From positions 194,310,001-194,374,000 of the forward strand of contig NC_086097.1 of assembly GCF_963921235.1 (NCBI RefSeq): a DNA stretch of 64,000 nucleotides, in the 5' to 3' direction. Source of the DNA: Mobula hypostoma. Its lineage: Eukaryota. Position 1 is the stretch's first letter. The number at the start of each line of letters is the position of its first letter. The notes below the pieces were generated by a model. The model did not search any database and was not told the DNA's origin. It saw nothing but the letters and a program-made list of their open reading frames with translations. Positions 39,456 to 53,159 of this stretch are shown here, piece after piece. Made by a program: the position numbers and the translations under genes.

Positions 39456-40856
39456 AGATTACTACTAGCTTTTTTTGCTGTTAAACCTCTTTCTTTGGTG
39501 CAGGGAAGGAGGCAAGTATGAAGTTTAGTGTAGGAAAACTATCTAAGATCTCATTAGAACTTAGACGATGTGGAATCAGTGACCCCTGAATTAGCAAGGA
39601 AAAATGAAGTTACTTTGCTATAATATTTAGGGATTCTTAAGTTTTGTTTTTGAAAATACTTTTATTTTCTTTAATACTCCCAAGTTTTCCAGTATCTCCA
39701 AATGTCATACACATTCAAGAACTTAAAAGCCAGTCACATTGACAAGGGCAGAGGTGCAAGGCTTTGCAGACAGACAAAGAGCAGGAACCGTTTTCTCAAG
39801 GAATAAGCTATCATCATTTTATCACGAGAGGCCCTGTCACTATGCGGACCAAAGTGCAAGTGTTGAGATGCTTTATTCTTGCACAATCAGTCCACTGCAT
39901 TAACACTACAACTGTCCACGCTGGGAACTGCTGGTGATGATAATGAATAGGGGGAAAGATATAGTCCAATGGCAACTAACCAAGCTCGAGACAAATTCAT
40001 TGTCCACACCATGCAACAATGGAGAATATCTTTCCAGAAATTATTGCTTGAATTTACCTCTTTAGGCAGTCTACTCAAATCCTTTTGATAACATAATTCT
40101 TATGCCAGAAACCAACTTCGTGACAACTATCCATGACAAATAATCCTTCCTTAAATAAAAACCAAAACTGTAGGAAATCCAAGATGTACAGTTGCATTCC
40201 ACTTCTCTACTCATCCTTCAAGCCATTTCATAAAATGTGAAACATACCACTTGCTTTCTCAATAATTTTTACACAAGCATTCCATCTCAATCTGCACAAG
40301 TTATTTCTCTACTAAGTGTTCAAATTGCCACTCTCTTAAACTGACTGTATAGTCAGAGTAACAGTGTGGAAAAAGGCCCTTCAGTAAAAGTCATCCATGC
40401 CAACTGCAGAGTCCATCCAGCTAGTCTCCTTTGCCCACTTTTGGACCATATCCCTCCAAACGTCTTCAATCATAGTCGTAGAGCAATATGGCACAGACAT
40501 GGGCCCTTTAACCTAACCAGTCGAGGCCGACTACTGTGCCTACCCAATTTTCTGCCTTCGTCCTATACCCCTCTAAGCCCCACCTCTCCAAGTTCCTATC
40601 TAAGTATTTCTCAAATCATACTACTGTACCTGCCTCAATCACTTCCTCTGGCAGCTCGTTCCATGTACTCACACCCTCTGCATGTAAAACTTGTCCCTCC
40701 AGTCACATTTAAAACTTTCTCCTCTTATTCTAAATCTATGCTTCCTAATACTGGATTCCACTTCTCTGGGGGAAAGAAGACTGTTACTATTCACCTCTCA
40801 ATTCTAACCATTTCTTATGCCAGAATGGATACCTCTCATTCTCCTATGTTATAAAG

Positions 40857-42025
40857 CAGGGGTAGGCAACCTACGGCCCGCGGGCCAAATCCGGCCTGTG
40901 AGCAGATATTGGGATGCTGTGCTTATCTGGCCTGAGAGCGATTTTTCCTTATTCTGAGTGTTTCATGCGACCACACTGATGGACATGCATGGCGTCTTGT
41001 TACACTGGCCCCAGGTTCCGTTTTGTTCCAAATCAAGCACTGGTACATACGAATGACGGGAAGGCAGACTACCCTATTAATATGTATTAGATACTCTCCG
41101 TGCACACGCAGGTTTTCAGATAGGATCGTTCAAATTTGTAAACAGAATCAGCGTCACTGTGTTTTAACAAGAAATCCACACTAAATATCCAGATGTTTAC
41201 ATGTGCTACGATGTTTGTTGAATCACTCGCGTTTCGAAATAAAATCAAAGAAAAAAATTCCAATGGCAATGAATGCAAAACGCAGGAAGGTAGACGCTGA
41301 GTGTCGAAAAAGCAGTGAAAATGAAGGAAATAACCATGCCAGCTACAAAGTCTCAAAACGTATTGCAGAAAAGATGAAGCCTTTTACAAATGGAGAGTTT
41401 GTCAAAGAATGTTTACTGGCAGTGGTGGATATTGTTTGTCCTGAAAAGAAATCTTCATTTGCATCTATCAGCCTGTCAGCAAGAACGATCACACGGCGAG
41501 TTGGAGAAATGTCAGTAAATGTTAAAAGTTGTTTAAGGGATGCCTGCAACTAATTGCATTTTTTTTCAATTGCGCTTGATGAGAGTACAGACTTGAGATA
41601 CACTGCTCAACATGCAGTGTTTGTGCGAGGACTGGCCTCAACTTTTCAAATTTTTGTAGAGTTTATTTAATTAATTCCTATGAAGGACACAGTTACTGGA
41701 GCAGACATTTTTGAAGCTTTGCTGAAAATGATGTCAGAAATGAAACCTAATGTGTTAAAGCTAATTGGCATCACAACTGATGGGGCACCAGCAGTGGTGG
41801 GACAAGAAAACTAAACTGAGTTCTTTGATTGCTAATTGGCATCCTTGGTTAAGCACAAATAATTTTCTAGCATGTGTTATTCATTAATTTGAGGAAAAAC
41901 ATAACTAGATGTATTTAAATGAATAATTCCCATATTTCAAGTTTTTTTATGGCATTTATCTGGCCCACCGTCCGCTCATTAATACGCGATCCGGCCCACA
42001 AAGGCAAAAAGGTTGCCTACCCCTG
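40857..42025 (+). mobile_element. hAT (Charlie/SPIN/GTF2IRD2-like) internally deleted DNA transposon
   Basis: 16-bp TIR CAGGGGTAGGCAACCT and perfect 8-bp TSD TTATAAAG. Motifs KRRKVDAECR, KPFTNGEFVKEC, LSARTITRR, ALDESTD and TTDGAPA. Confidence 0.93.
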
Positions 42026-42098
42026 TTATAAAGAATAAAGACTAAGGCTGGACAACCTCTCTCTATAACTGGCCTTCTAGTTCTGGCAACATTATCAT

Positions 42099-42625
42099 AA
42101 TGAGGAAAGACATCTTTGCCATAGAGGGAGTACAAAGAAGGTTCACCAGATTGATTCCTGGGATGGCAGGTCTTTCATATGAAGAAAGACTGGATGAACT
42201 GGGCTTGTACTCGTTGGAATTTAGAAGATTGAGGGGGGATCTGATTGAAACGTATAAGATCCTAAAGGGATTGGACAGGCTAGATGCGGATAGATTGTTC
42301 CCGATGTTGGGGAGGTCCAGAACGAGGGGTCACAGTTTGAGGATAGAGGGGAAGCCTTTTAGGACCGAGATTAGGAAAAACTTCTTCACACAGAGAGTGG
42401 TGAATCTGTGGAATTCTCTGCCACAGCAAACTGTTGAGGCCAGTTCATTGGCTATGTTTAAGAGGGAGTTAGATATGGCCCTTGTGGCTACAGGGGTCAG
42501 GGGGTATGGAGGGAAGGCTGGGTTCTGAGTTGGATGATCAGCCATGATCACAATAAATGGCGGTGCAGGCTCGAAGGGCCGAATGGCCTACTCCTGCACC
42601 TATTTTCTATGTTTCTATGTTTCTA
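42099..42625 (+). mobile_element. CR1 3' fragment
   Basis: VQRRFTRLIPG...TRGHSLRI and tail (ttctatgt)n. Confidence 0.88.
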
Positions 42626-43149
42626 TAATTTGTTTCTGCACTCTTACCAGTTTAACCAAGCCCAATCTATTACAAAGTGACCAAAACTCTACACAGTACA
42701 CCACATGTATCCTCACCAATAACTTGTACATCTAGAACAACTTGCATTTTTCTTGTGATCCTGTTAGACTTTGGGAATGTAGGACACTCTAAGTCTGGTT
42801 CATTGGTTCATTAGTGAGACTGACAGTGGGGGAGCTGCATGGCCTCACTTGCTGCATGCCCCAGGCCCTCATGCCACAGCATCGCCTGTTGTTGCCACTC
42901 AGGGGAGAAGAAACCAAAGGTGATGTGAGAGAAAGCAGAGGCACAGTGGGCATGCTGGAATCCATCTGGGTTTGGGGCTGTCCCCTCCCTTTCTAGTGTT
43001 TGCTGGCAGAAAGACAAACTGAATTGCATTCATTTGCACTGAGGGTAATAAGGAACTGCCGGGTGCTTGTTCTTGCAGAAACATGGCCCCATCAATGGCC
43101 CCATCCTGTGCACCATCAATTTTCAGGCCATGCCATTCAGTGACTCTAT

Positions 43150-46100
43150 AAAGTCATGGAAAAGTACAGCATAGAACAGGCCCTTTGGCCCATCTAGTCC
43201 ATTTAAACTGCCTCATGTCATCGACCTACACCTGCACCTTACCCATTCATACCCCTACTATCCATGTACCTATTCAAACTTCTCTTAAAAGTTGAAATCG
43301 AGCTCACATGCACCACTTACACTGGCAACTCATTGCACTCTCAGCACCCTCTGAGTGAAGTTTGCCCTCATATTCCCCTTAAACTTTTCACCTTTCAACC
43401 TTAACCCATGATCTCCAGTTGTAGTCCTACCCAATCTCAGTGAAAAAAGCCTGCTTGCATTTATTCTATCTATACCTCTCATAATTCTGCATACCTTCAT
43501 CAAATCTCCTCTTAATCTTCTACGTTCTAAAGGATACAGTCATAACCTATTCAGTCTTTCCTTACAACTCAGGTCCTCCATCCCAGCAAAATCCTTGTAA
43601 ATTTTTTCTGTATTCTTTCAATCTTATTTACATCTTTCCTCTAGGTAGGTAACCAAAACTGCACACATTACTCCAAAGTAGGCATCACCATCGTCTTCTA
43701 CAATTTCAACATCTCATCTGGACTCAATACTTTTGATTTATGAAGGTCAATGTACCAAAAGCTTCCTTAATGAACCTAACTACCTTTGACACCACTTTCA
43801 ATGGATTATGGACCAGTATTCCCAGATCCCTTTGTTTTACCGCACACTGGGTAAGACGTACCCTGGTTGGTCCTAGTGAAGTGCACACCTCGTACTTGTC
43901 TGTATTAAATTCCATCTGCCATTTTTCCAGCTGGTTCAGATGTCACAAGTTCTGACAGTCCTGATGAAGGGTCTTACATCAAACATCATCTGTCTTTTTC
44001 ATAGACGCTGCCTGGCCGGCTGAGTCCCTCCAGCATTTTGTGTGTGTAGCTCTGATAGTCTTGGGCCCCTGCAATTTCTGCACTTGCCTCCCACAGGGTC
44101 TGAAAGAACACCTTGTCAGGCCCTGGGGATTTATCCACCCTAACTGTCCTGAAGACAAGAAGAACCTCCTCCTCTGTAATCTCTATTGGGTCCATGACCT
44201 TGTTTCCTCTTTGCCTCACTTCTATATACTCTGTCTCTGTTTCCCGTGTAAATACAAATGAAAGGCTATCTGCAAAAGAAGAATCTCAGAGTTGTGTACT
44301 ACATATATACTTTGATAATAAAGTAACCTTTGAAAAAATTCCACTTAAGATCTCCCCCATCTCTTTTGGCTCCATGCATAGATTACCATTCTGATCTTCC
44401 AGAGGACCAGTTTTGGCATTTGCAATCCTTTTTGCTCTTAATATATCTGTAGAATCCCTTAGGATTCTCCTTCACCTTATCTGCTAGAATAACCTCATGC
44501 CTTCTTTTAGCCCTCCTGATTTCGTGTTCTTTTGCATTTTTTATATTCCATAAGTACCTGATTTGTTACTACCTGCCTATGCGTGCTGTGCATCTTTTTT
44601 TTTCTTAACTAGGGCCTCAAAATCTCTTATAAACCAAGGGTCCCTAAATCTGTTATCTTTACCTTTTATTCTGACAGGTACATACAAGCACTGTACTCTC
44701 AAAATTTCACTTTTAAAGTCCTCCCACTCACCAAGTACACCTTTGTGAGAAAACAGCCTGTCCCAATTAACACTTGTCAGATCCTTTCTGGGACCATCAA
44801 ATTTGGCCTTTTTCCAATTTATAATCTCAACACACAGACCGGACATATCCTTTTCCATATTTACTTTGAAACTAATGGCATTAGGATCACTAGATGTAAA
44901 GTGTTTCCCAACACAAACTTCTGTTGCTGCCCTGTCTCATTCCCCAAGGGTAAATCAAGTATCACACTCTCTCATTTGGATTTCTATGTACTGATTTAGG
45001 AAACTTTTCTGAACACATTTGACAAAGTCTATCTCATCTAGTCCTCTCACAGTATGGAAGTCCCAATCAATATGTGGAAAGTTAAAATCACCTACTATAA
45101 CAACCTTGGTGTTTCTTGCAATCTCTCTACAAATTTGTTCCTCTAAATCCCAGTCTGCTGGGTGGTCTATAATAGGCATCCGTTAGTCTCATGAGACCAT
45201 GGATTTGTGCCTTGGAAGGTTTCCAGGGTGCAGGACTGGGCAGGGTTGTATGGAAGACCAGCAGTTGCCCCTGCTGCAAGTCTCCCCTCTCCATGCCACC
45301 AATGTTGTCCAAGGGAAGGGCATTAGGACCCATACAGCTTGGCACCGGTGTTGTCGCACAGCAATGTGTGGTTAAGTGCCTTGCTCAAGGACACACACGC
45401 TGCCTCAGCCAAGCTCGAACTAGCGACCTTCAAATCACTAGGCGAACGCCTTAACCACTTGGCCACCCATTTTATGGGTGGTCTATAATATAACCTCATT
45501 AACATGATCATACATTTCTTATTGCTCAGTTCCACCCATAAAGCCTCGTTAGTTGAGTTCTCCAGTCTGTCATGACTGAGCACTGCCGACATTTTCCTTG
45601 ACCCTTAATTCCACTGCTCCACTTTTAATCCCTCCCACTCCATTGCATCCACAACTGGACCCTGGAATATTGAGCTGGCACTCCTGCCCCTTCTGCAACC
45701 AAGTCTCATCAATGACCACAATATCATAATTCCATTTGCTGATCCATGCCCTGAGCTCATCTGCCTTTCCTACAATACTTCTTGCGTTAAAATATACACA
45801 CAGTTCAGTACATTAGTTACGCCATGCTAAACCTTTTGACTCCCGATTTTGTCTAAGGTCTTAACAACATGTTTCCACAACCTTTCCACTATCAGTTCTG
45901 GCAGTCTGGTTCCCAACCCCCTGTAACTCTGGTTAAAACCCCCATGTGGCACTAGCAAATTTTCCCAACAGGATATTAGTCTCCCTCAGGTGCAAACTGT
46001 CTCTTCTATACTGATCCGACCTTCCCTGGAACAGAGCGCAATGATCCAAAAATCACCCTCCTCCTGCTAAACCAACTCCGTAGCCATGAGTTAAACTGTA

Positions 46101-47040
46101 TGATTTTCCTATTTCTGGCCTCACTAGCACATAGCACAACCCTGGGGGTCCTGTTCTTTAATTTAGTATCTGACTCCCTAAACTCACTTTGCAGAAACTC
46201 TTCACTCTTCCTACCTATGACACTGGTACCTAGTTGGACCACAACCTCTGGCCGTTCACCTTCCCACTTAAGAATCTGCTGAGTCGATCCCAGATGTCCC
46301 AGACACTAGCACCCGAGAGGCAACATACCATCCAGGAATTTCATTCTCGTCCACAGAACCTCCTTTAAGTTACCCTAACAAATACCCTGCCACCACAACT
46401 CACCTCTGCCTCCTCTTTTCCTTCGGAGTCACAGAGTCCGACAGTGCCAGAAACCTGACCGCTGTGACTTTCCTCTGCTGGGTCAACCCCCCAACAGTGT
46501 CCAAAGTGCCCATTGTTGAGGGGGATGGCCACAGGGCTACTCTGCACTGGCTGTTTAACCTCATTCTCCTTCCTGTCACGCAGTCTCTTGTGTCCTGCAC
46601 CTTGGGAGCAACTACCTCTCCATCTATCCTATCCATCATCTCTTCAGTAGCAACTCCACCCCGGCCTCGAATGATCTGAAGTTCATCCAGTTCCAGCTCC
46701 AAACTCTTAACACGTAGCGGTAGAAACTACAATTGGATGCAGTTCTTGTAGATGAAGTTGTTAGGGAAATTGAAGGTCTCCCTGCCTTCCTCCATCTCAA
46801 AATAGGAGCACTCAACTGTCCTGCCTAGCATCCCTACTGTTCTAACTGTGCAAATATAAAGAAGGAAACTGCAAATAAAAACCTAGTTTTTTACAGTTTA
46901 AACCTAGTTTTTTCACCTTTTCTCTCTCCAGCCTCTCTGTATTGAAGTCTCAAAGATCTAAGACCTCAAACAATGACTCCAGCAACAGCCGCTTGAACGG
47001 CCCGTCTTATATTTATTTGTTCTTGCCAACCAATCCTGGA
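43150..47040 (-). mobile_element. Old CR1 LINE (ORF1, APE and RT remnants) with nested SINEs
   Basis: LELDELQIIR (ORF1), YYRPP, VGDFNFP.IDW, DKSPGPD and MEFNTDK motifs. Confidence 0.8.
45175..45475 (-). mobile_element. tRNA-derived SINE with an RTE-like tail
   Basis: A-box TGGCCAAGTGG, B-box-like GTTCGAGCT, core gtgtccttgagcaaggcacttaacc. TSD gggtggtctataata at 45160-45174 and 45476-45490. Confidence 0.8.
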
Positions 47041-48349
47041 CTTGGGCTCTATTTATTCTTTGTGTCTGTATGTTTTTCTGCTACCACAACTATATGTACT
47101 ATGTGTGACTGTTGATACTGTGTTTGCATTTTGGTCCAGGAGGAAAACTGCTTTGTTTAATTGCAAATGTGTATGGTTGAATGACAATTAAACGAACTAG
47201 AACATACAGTCCCAGGTCCTATACTCAGAGTCCTGACTGATGAAGGCCAGTGTGCTCAGCACCTTTTTTCATCACACTCTCTACCTGTGATACCACTTTC
47301 AACAAACTTTGTGCACGTACCTTCCTGGTGCCCTACCATTTATTGTACAAGTTCTACACTGATTTGACTTTCCAAAGTGAATCACTTCATTGTTTCGTAT
47401 TGAGATCCAGTTGTCACTCTTAACCCCACCTCTCTAACTGATTAAGAACCCCTTGCAATTTTCTTCACCATCAACAGCACCTAATTTTGAGTTATCTGCA
47501 AACTTACTGATTAAGCCTTGCAACCAAATCATGCATATAATGAGTAACAAGAGGTCCACACACCAAACCTTATAGCACATTGGTCACCAACCTCTTTTCC
47601 TTCTGCTTCCCATCTCAGAATCCACCTCTAGCTCTCTCTAGATCACATTAAAGGCCTTACTAAAGTCAAATAGACAACATCCGATGCCCTATCCTCATTT
47701 AGGTTTTTTGTTACTTCTGCATGACTTACTATACACACAGCCATGCTGAACTCCTCATAATCAAATGTTGTCTAAACAAATGCTGATGGGTCCTGCCTCT
47801 CGAAATTCCCTTCAGCAACTTCACTTTTTAAACACCAGAACAACAGTAGCCATCTTCTGGTCTTTCAGAACTTCACCAGTGGCTAACAATAAAGCAAATA
47901 TTTCCACAAAGGTCTATGCAATTTCTCTCTTGCCTTACACAAATACAAGGATGCATTCTGCCAACTCCAGGGGGGTTTATCCATCTTAATGCACAATAAA
48001 GCTACAAAAATCTCCTCTACTTGTTTCACTCATCTCTTCAGCAACCATGATTTTCCTCTTAGTTGACATTGAGGTGAAATATTTGTTAAAAACCCCCACC
48101 TCTGTCCTCAAAGGGGGCCCCTTCACTAGAATGAGGGGGGATTTCTACCAGCTGTTCTATCCTCCAGTCTACAAACAGATCCCAAATAGCCAAAGCCCAT
48201 GACTACCTACAGTTCAAACCATTTTTAGGTAACATGCTTTAACAAGCCTGACTGTCCAGGCAGACCCATTGCTTAAGCGTGCTCCTGCCCCACAGAACTC
48301 GCGTCTGAACACCGTTACTCTGTTTCATCCCCCTTGGTTCATTCCTACC

Positions 48350-51345
48350 CACATCCGTGGCACTTCACATGATCTCTATCTTTTCAGTAACTTTAAGTTC
48401 CCCGTCATCTCATTTTCACTATGGATACCCAGTCCCCACTATCCTCCATGAGGAGAACCGCAAAGCTCTCTGCTTTTTTTCCGACAATAGACACAACCAG
48501 TTGCCCTCTGCTACCACTCTCCACCGTCTGGCTAAATTGGTCCTCACCCTCAACAATTCTCCTTCAGCTCTTCCCACTTCTTTCAAACCCATGGGTCCCA
48601 CCTTTTTCATCAGCTAATTGGAATAGGCCATGTTCGAACCATACACCAGCATCATCACCCCCCCCCCCCCAACTCTTCCGATGCTATGATGACAATGCCT
48701 TGGTGCTGTTTTCCTGCATCCATGCTGAGTTCATAAATTTGCCTCCAAATTCCACCTGACCTCAAATTTACTTGGTCCTTTTCTGACACCTCACTCCCCT
48801 TCCTCCATCTCTGGAGATAGTCTATCTACTGATATCTTTTATAAACCCTCTGACTTTTACAGCTATCTGGACTATACTCCTTACCACCCTGTCACTTGTA
48901 AAAATGCCATTCCCTTTTCTCAGTTCCTCCATCTCCACTTCATTTGTTCTCAGGATGAAACTTTTCATTCCAGAAAAACTGAGGTCCTCCTTCCTCAAAC
49001 AAAGGGGCTTCCCTTCCTCCATCATCAACACTGCCCTCATGCACATCTCTTCCATTTTGCGCACATATGCCTTCACCCCATCCTTCTGCCGCACTAGAGG
49101 GTTCCTCTTTTCCTCACCTATCACCCCACTAGCCTCCGCATCCTGCATATAACTCTCCATAACTTCTGCCATCTTCAATGGGATCCCACCAGCAAGCACA
49201 TCTTGCCCCCCTACCCCCACCTTTCAGCGGAAATTGCTCCTTACCTCACTCTCTAGTCCATTCATCCCTCCCCATTGATCTCCCTCCTGGCACTTACTCT
49301 TGCAAGCGAAATAAGTGTCACACCTGCCCCTACGTCTCCTCTCTCACTACCATTCAGGGCCCCAAACAGTCCTTCCAGGTGAGATGACATTTCACCTACA
49401 AGTCTGTTGCTGTCATCTACTGTATCCCATGCTCCCGGTGTGGTCTCCTAGTTATCAGTGAAACCCAACGTAGATTAGGACGTTGCTTTGTCAAGCAACT
49501 TCGCTCCATCTGCCACAAAAAGTGGGATATTATGGTGGCCACCCATTTCAAAACTACTTCCCATTCCCATATGTCAGTCCATCGCCTTCTCCAGTGTGAT
49601 GAGGCCACACTGAGGTTGGACAAGCGACAGTTTGTATTCCATTGGGTAGCCTCCAACCTGATGGCATGAACATCAATTTCTTGAACTTCCGGTAATTGCC
49701 CCCCCCCACCTCCCTGCATCATTCCCCATTCTTGTTTCCCTTGCACACCTTCTCTTCTTACCTGCCCATCACCTCATCCTGGTGCTCCTCCCACTTCCAT
49801 GGTCTTCTGCCATCTCCTATCAGATTCTCTCTTCTCCAGCCCATTATCTCTTTCACCAATCAACTTCCCAGCTCTTTACTTCATCCCTCTCCCTGTTTGA
49901 CCTATCACCTGTCACCTTAGAACCATAGAAACTACAGCACAGAAACAGGCCTTTTGGCCCTTCTTGGCTGTGCCGAACCATTTTCTGCCTAGTCCCACTG
50001 ACCTGCACACGGACCATATCCCTCCATACACCTCCCATCCATGTATCTGTCCAATTTATTCTTAAATGTTAAAAAAGAACCTGCATTTACCACCTCGTCT
50101 GGCAGCTCATTCCATACTCCCACCACTCTCTGTGTGAAGAAGCCCCCCCTAATGTTCCCTTTAAACTTTTCCCCCCTCATACTTAACCCATGTCCTCTGG
50201 TTTTTTTCTCTCCTTGCCTCAGTGGAAAAAGCCTGCTTGCATTCACTTTATCTATACCCATCATAATTTTATATACCTCTATCAAATCTCCCCTCATTCT
50301 TCTACGCTCCAGGGAATAAAGTCCTAACCTATTCAACCTTTCTCTGTAACTGAGTTTCTCAAGTCCCGGCAACATCCTTGTAAACCTTCTCTGCACTCTT
50401 TCAACCTTATTTATATCCTTCCTGTAATTTGGTGACCAAAACTGAACACAATACTCCACATTCAGCCTCACCAATGCCTTATACAACCTCATCATAACAT
50501 TCCAGCTCTTATACTCAATACTTTGATTAATAAAGGCCAATGTACCAAAAGCTCTCTTTACGACCCAATCTACCTGTGACGACACTTTTAGGGAATTTTG
50601 TATCTGTATTCCCAAATCCCTCTGTTCCACTGCACTCCTCAGTGCCTTACCATTAACCCTGTATGTTCTACGTTGGTTTGTCCTTCCAACGTGCAATACC
50701 TCACACTTGCCTGTATTAAACTCCATCTGCCATTTTTCAGCCCATTTTTCCAGCTGGTCCAAGTCCCTCTGCAGGCTCTGAAAACCTTCCTCACTGTCTA
50801 CTACACCTCCAATCTTTGTATCATCAGCAAACTTGCTGATCCAATTTACCACATTATCATCCAGATCATTGATATAGATGACAAGTAACAATGGACCCAG
50901 CACTGATCCCTGTGGCACACCACTAGTCACAGGCCTCCACTCAGAGAAGCAATTCTCTACCACCACTCTCTGGCTTCTTCCATCGAGCCAATGTCTAATC
51001 CAATTTACCACCTCTCCATGTATACCTAGCGACTGAATTTTCCTAACTAACCACCCATGCGGGACCTTGTCAAAGGCCTTACTGAAGTTCATGTAGACAA
51101 TATCCACTGCCTTCCCTTCATCCACTTTCCTGGTAACCTCCTCGAAAAACTCCAACAGATTGGTCAAACATGACCTACCACGCACAAAGCCACCTTCTAC
51201 TACTCCCTCCCCTCCCAACTTCTTAGTCTGACTTCTTCCCCTCCTTTCCAGTCTGATGAAGGGTCTCAGCTCAAAACGTCAACTGTTTACTTTTCCATAG
51301 ATGCTGCCTGGCCTGCTGAGTTCCTCCAGCATTTTGTGTGTAGGC
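48350..51345 (+). mobile_element. Older Penelope-like element interrupted by a CR1
   Basis: Colinear with the PLE at 1-1870 (KNAIPFSQ, QGPKQSFQVR). Resumes at about 51191 with a degenerate hammerhead. Confidence 0.85.
49919..51190 (-). mobile_element. Young CR1 3' fragment with an open RT of about 400 aa
   Basis: GVPQGSVLGP, KFADDTK and EYCVQFW motifs, no stops. Tail (ttctatgg)n. Confidence 0.93.
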
Positions 51346-51999
51346 TAACATGTTTATGCATACTGTCTTCTGTCTGATAATAGTGTCAGTGAATATATTA
51401 AATTTCCCTTAATAATCCACCATCTCCCTTTTTACCTCGGACATTGACAGCTGACTTGCTTTTGTGTTTCAAGTTTTTGCATCTGTCAAGTACAACCATG
51501 CCCTACAAGTCTACTTTCATGGTCTTGAAGATCTTTCAGCATTTGCTTTCTCAAGAACACTACTTTTAGCATGCTGGTAGAAAATCGAAGAAAAAGAAAA
51601 AATAAATAAAAGTGGGATTTTAAAAAGATAGATTCACTGAGTTTTAGAAAGATAATTCCAAAATTTGTGATCCAAGTAGCTTAAAACCCAAAACCACAGT
51701 GATTCTACAGGAGCTGGAAATCTGGAGCAATACGCACAAAATGCTAGAGGAACTGTAAAGTCAGGCGACCATCTATGGTGGGAAATAGTCGCGATTCTGG
51801 GCAGAGACCTTGATCCACAGATGCAGCCTGACCTGAATTCTTCCAGCATTTTGTGTGTGTACCTTAAAACCACGAATCGTACAAAACTGAAAATGACCAT
51901 TCTGAAGGTAAAGACAGATACTTCATTTTAGCAACTTGTTTCAAGGCATCATCCACAACGAGTTGCGCACTACGTCAATTCCACCGAAGCACACGGAAA

Positions 52000-52660
52000 G
52001 AGGGCCGGAACTTGCTGAGAAATACCAGCAGACCTGTTCTGACAGTAACGGACTCCGATAGTCGCAAGGTGCCCGGGAAAATCCCAAACCCTTCCGTCCA
52101 CTTTTCATGCTCCAGTGCGGTTCGGGCCATCGGCGGGGGAATTAAAAACACTGCGCATTGAAACTGTAACTGCAGAGAATCTCGAGATGAACATCTCCCC
52201 CAATCTCCTATTTACATTAGTGAGTTTAAGCGTCTCTTTCAGCCTCCCGGGATGTAGCAGCTCAGCGGTGCTGAGGGTGATCAGGCCGCGGGGATCCCCG
52301 TGTTTTCCCCTCCCACTATTTACCCGACACACGGCGCTCCTGAACTCGGTGTACGTGCTGCTGCTGCTCAGCTCCAAGGATTTCTCCGAAGAGTCTCCCA
52401 GGCGACGATCAAAGATGAAGATCGTTTTACTCTTGTCCTTGTCTTGCTCGGCTTTCGCCGCGACCACAGGACCCGGTGGTGCTGCAGGTGATGAGTCCAC
52501 CGGCCACCGCGGCTCCCCCGTCCCCCCACCGCTCTCGGCTGCCGCCGCCATTTTCAGGAACCTCCGCTCGCCGCAAGAACCAAGTTTGATGGAGACCCGA
52601 CGTCACTTCCGTCACACAGTCCGACGGTTTCAACTGCGACTGCACGAGTGAGGGCGCGCT
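52000..52660 (-). promoter_or_regulatory. CpG-island promoter and first exon of SMCHD1 with YY1, ETS/GABP-like and CRE-like motifs
   Basis: High GC and CpG against a CpG-depleted background. GCCGCCATTTT at 52544-52554, CACTTCCG at 52604-52611, CGACGTCA at 52598-52605. Confidence 0.75.
52324..52551 (-). CDS. SMCHD1: SMCHD1 coding exon 1 (76 aa, MAAAAESGGG...IFIFDRR...EFRSAVCR)
   Basis: ATG at 52551 inside a CpG island. Resembles the human N-terminus (VYLFDRR...FRACVCQ). Phase-0 donor CGG|GTAAAT. Confidence 0.93.
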
Positions 52661-53159
52661 CTTTCAACACCCAAGGTTGTTAAATGTCATTTCCAGTAGA
52701 CAAAGTTCAAAGTACGCACATGTCACCATGTACAACCCTGTGATTCATTTTCTTGTGGGCATACTCAACAAATCTATAGAATAAAAACTATCACAAACAA
52801 TGGGACGTTCAACCAGAGTGCAGAAGGCAACACACTGCAAATGCAAAAAGGAATAATGATATAAATAAGCGATAAGTATAGAGAACATGAGATGCAGAGT
52901 CCTTGAAAGTGAGCCACACACAAAATGCTGGAGGAACTCAGCAGGCCAGGCAGTATCTATGGAAAAGAGTATAGTCGACGTTTCGGGCCGTGACCCTTGA
53001 AAGTGTGTCCATTGGTTGTGGGGACATTTCAATGATGGGCAATGAAGTTGAGAGAAGTTATCCCCTTTGGTTCAAAAGCCTGACAGTTAAGGGGTAATAA
53101 CTTTTTATTCGCAGTTATTTTGTAAATAACACTATTCTTTGACTATGACTATGACTATT

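Noticed and set aside
45395..45470. tRNA gene
   Set aside because: It is the head of a SINE with core, LINE-like tail and TSD, and has no complete cloverleaf.
47232..47250. CTGATGAAGG as another hammerhead
   Set aside because: There is no stem II or GAAAC. It is the antisense of CR1 RT coding sequence (LAFI).
52115..52651. 178-aa plus-strand ORF opposite exon 1
   Set aside because: Antisense shadow of the GC-rich exon with no recognisable homology.
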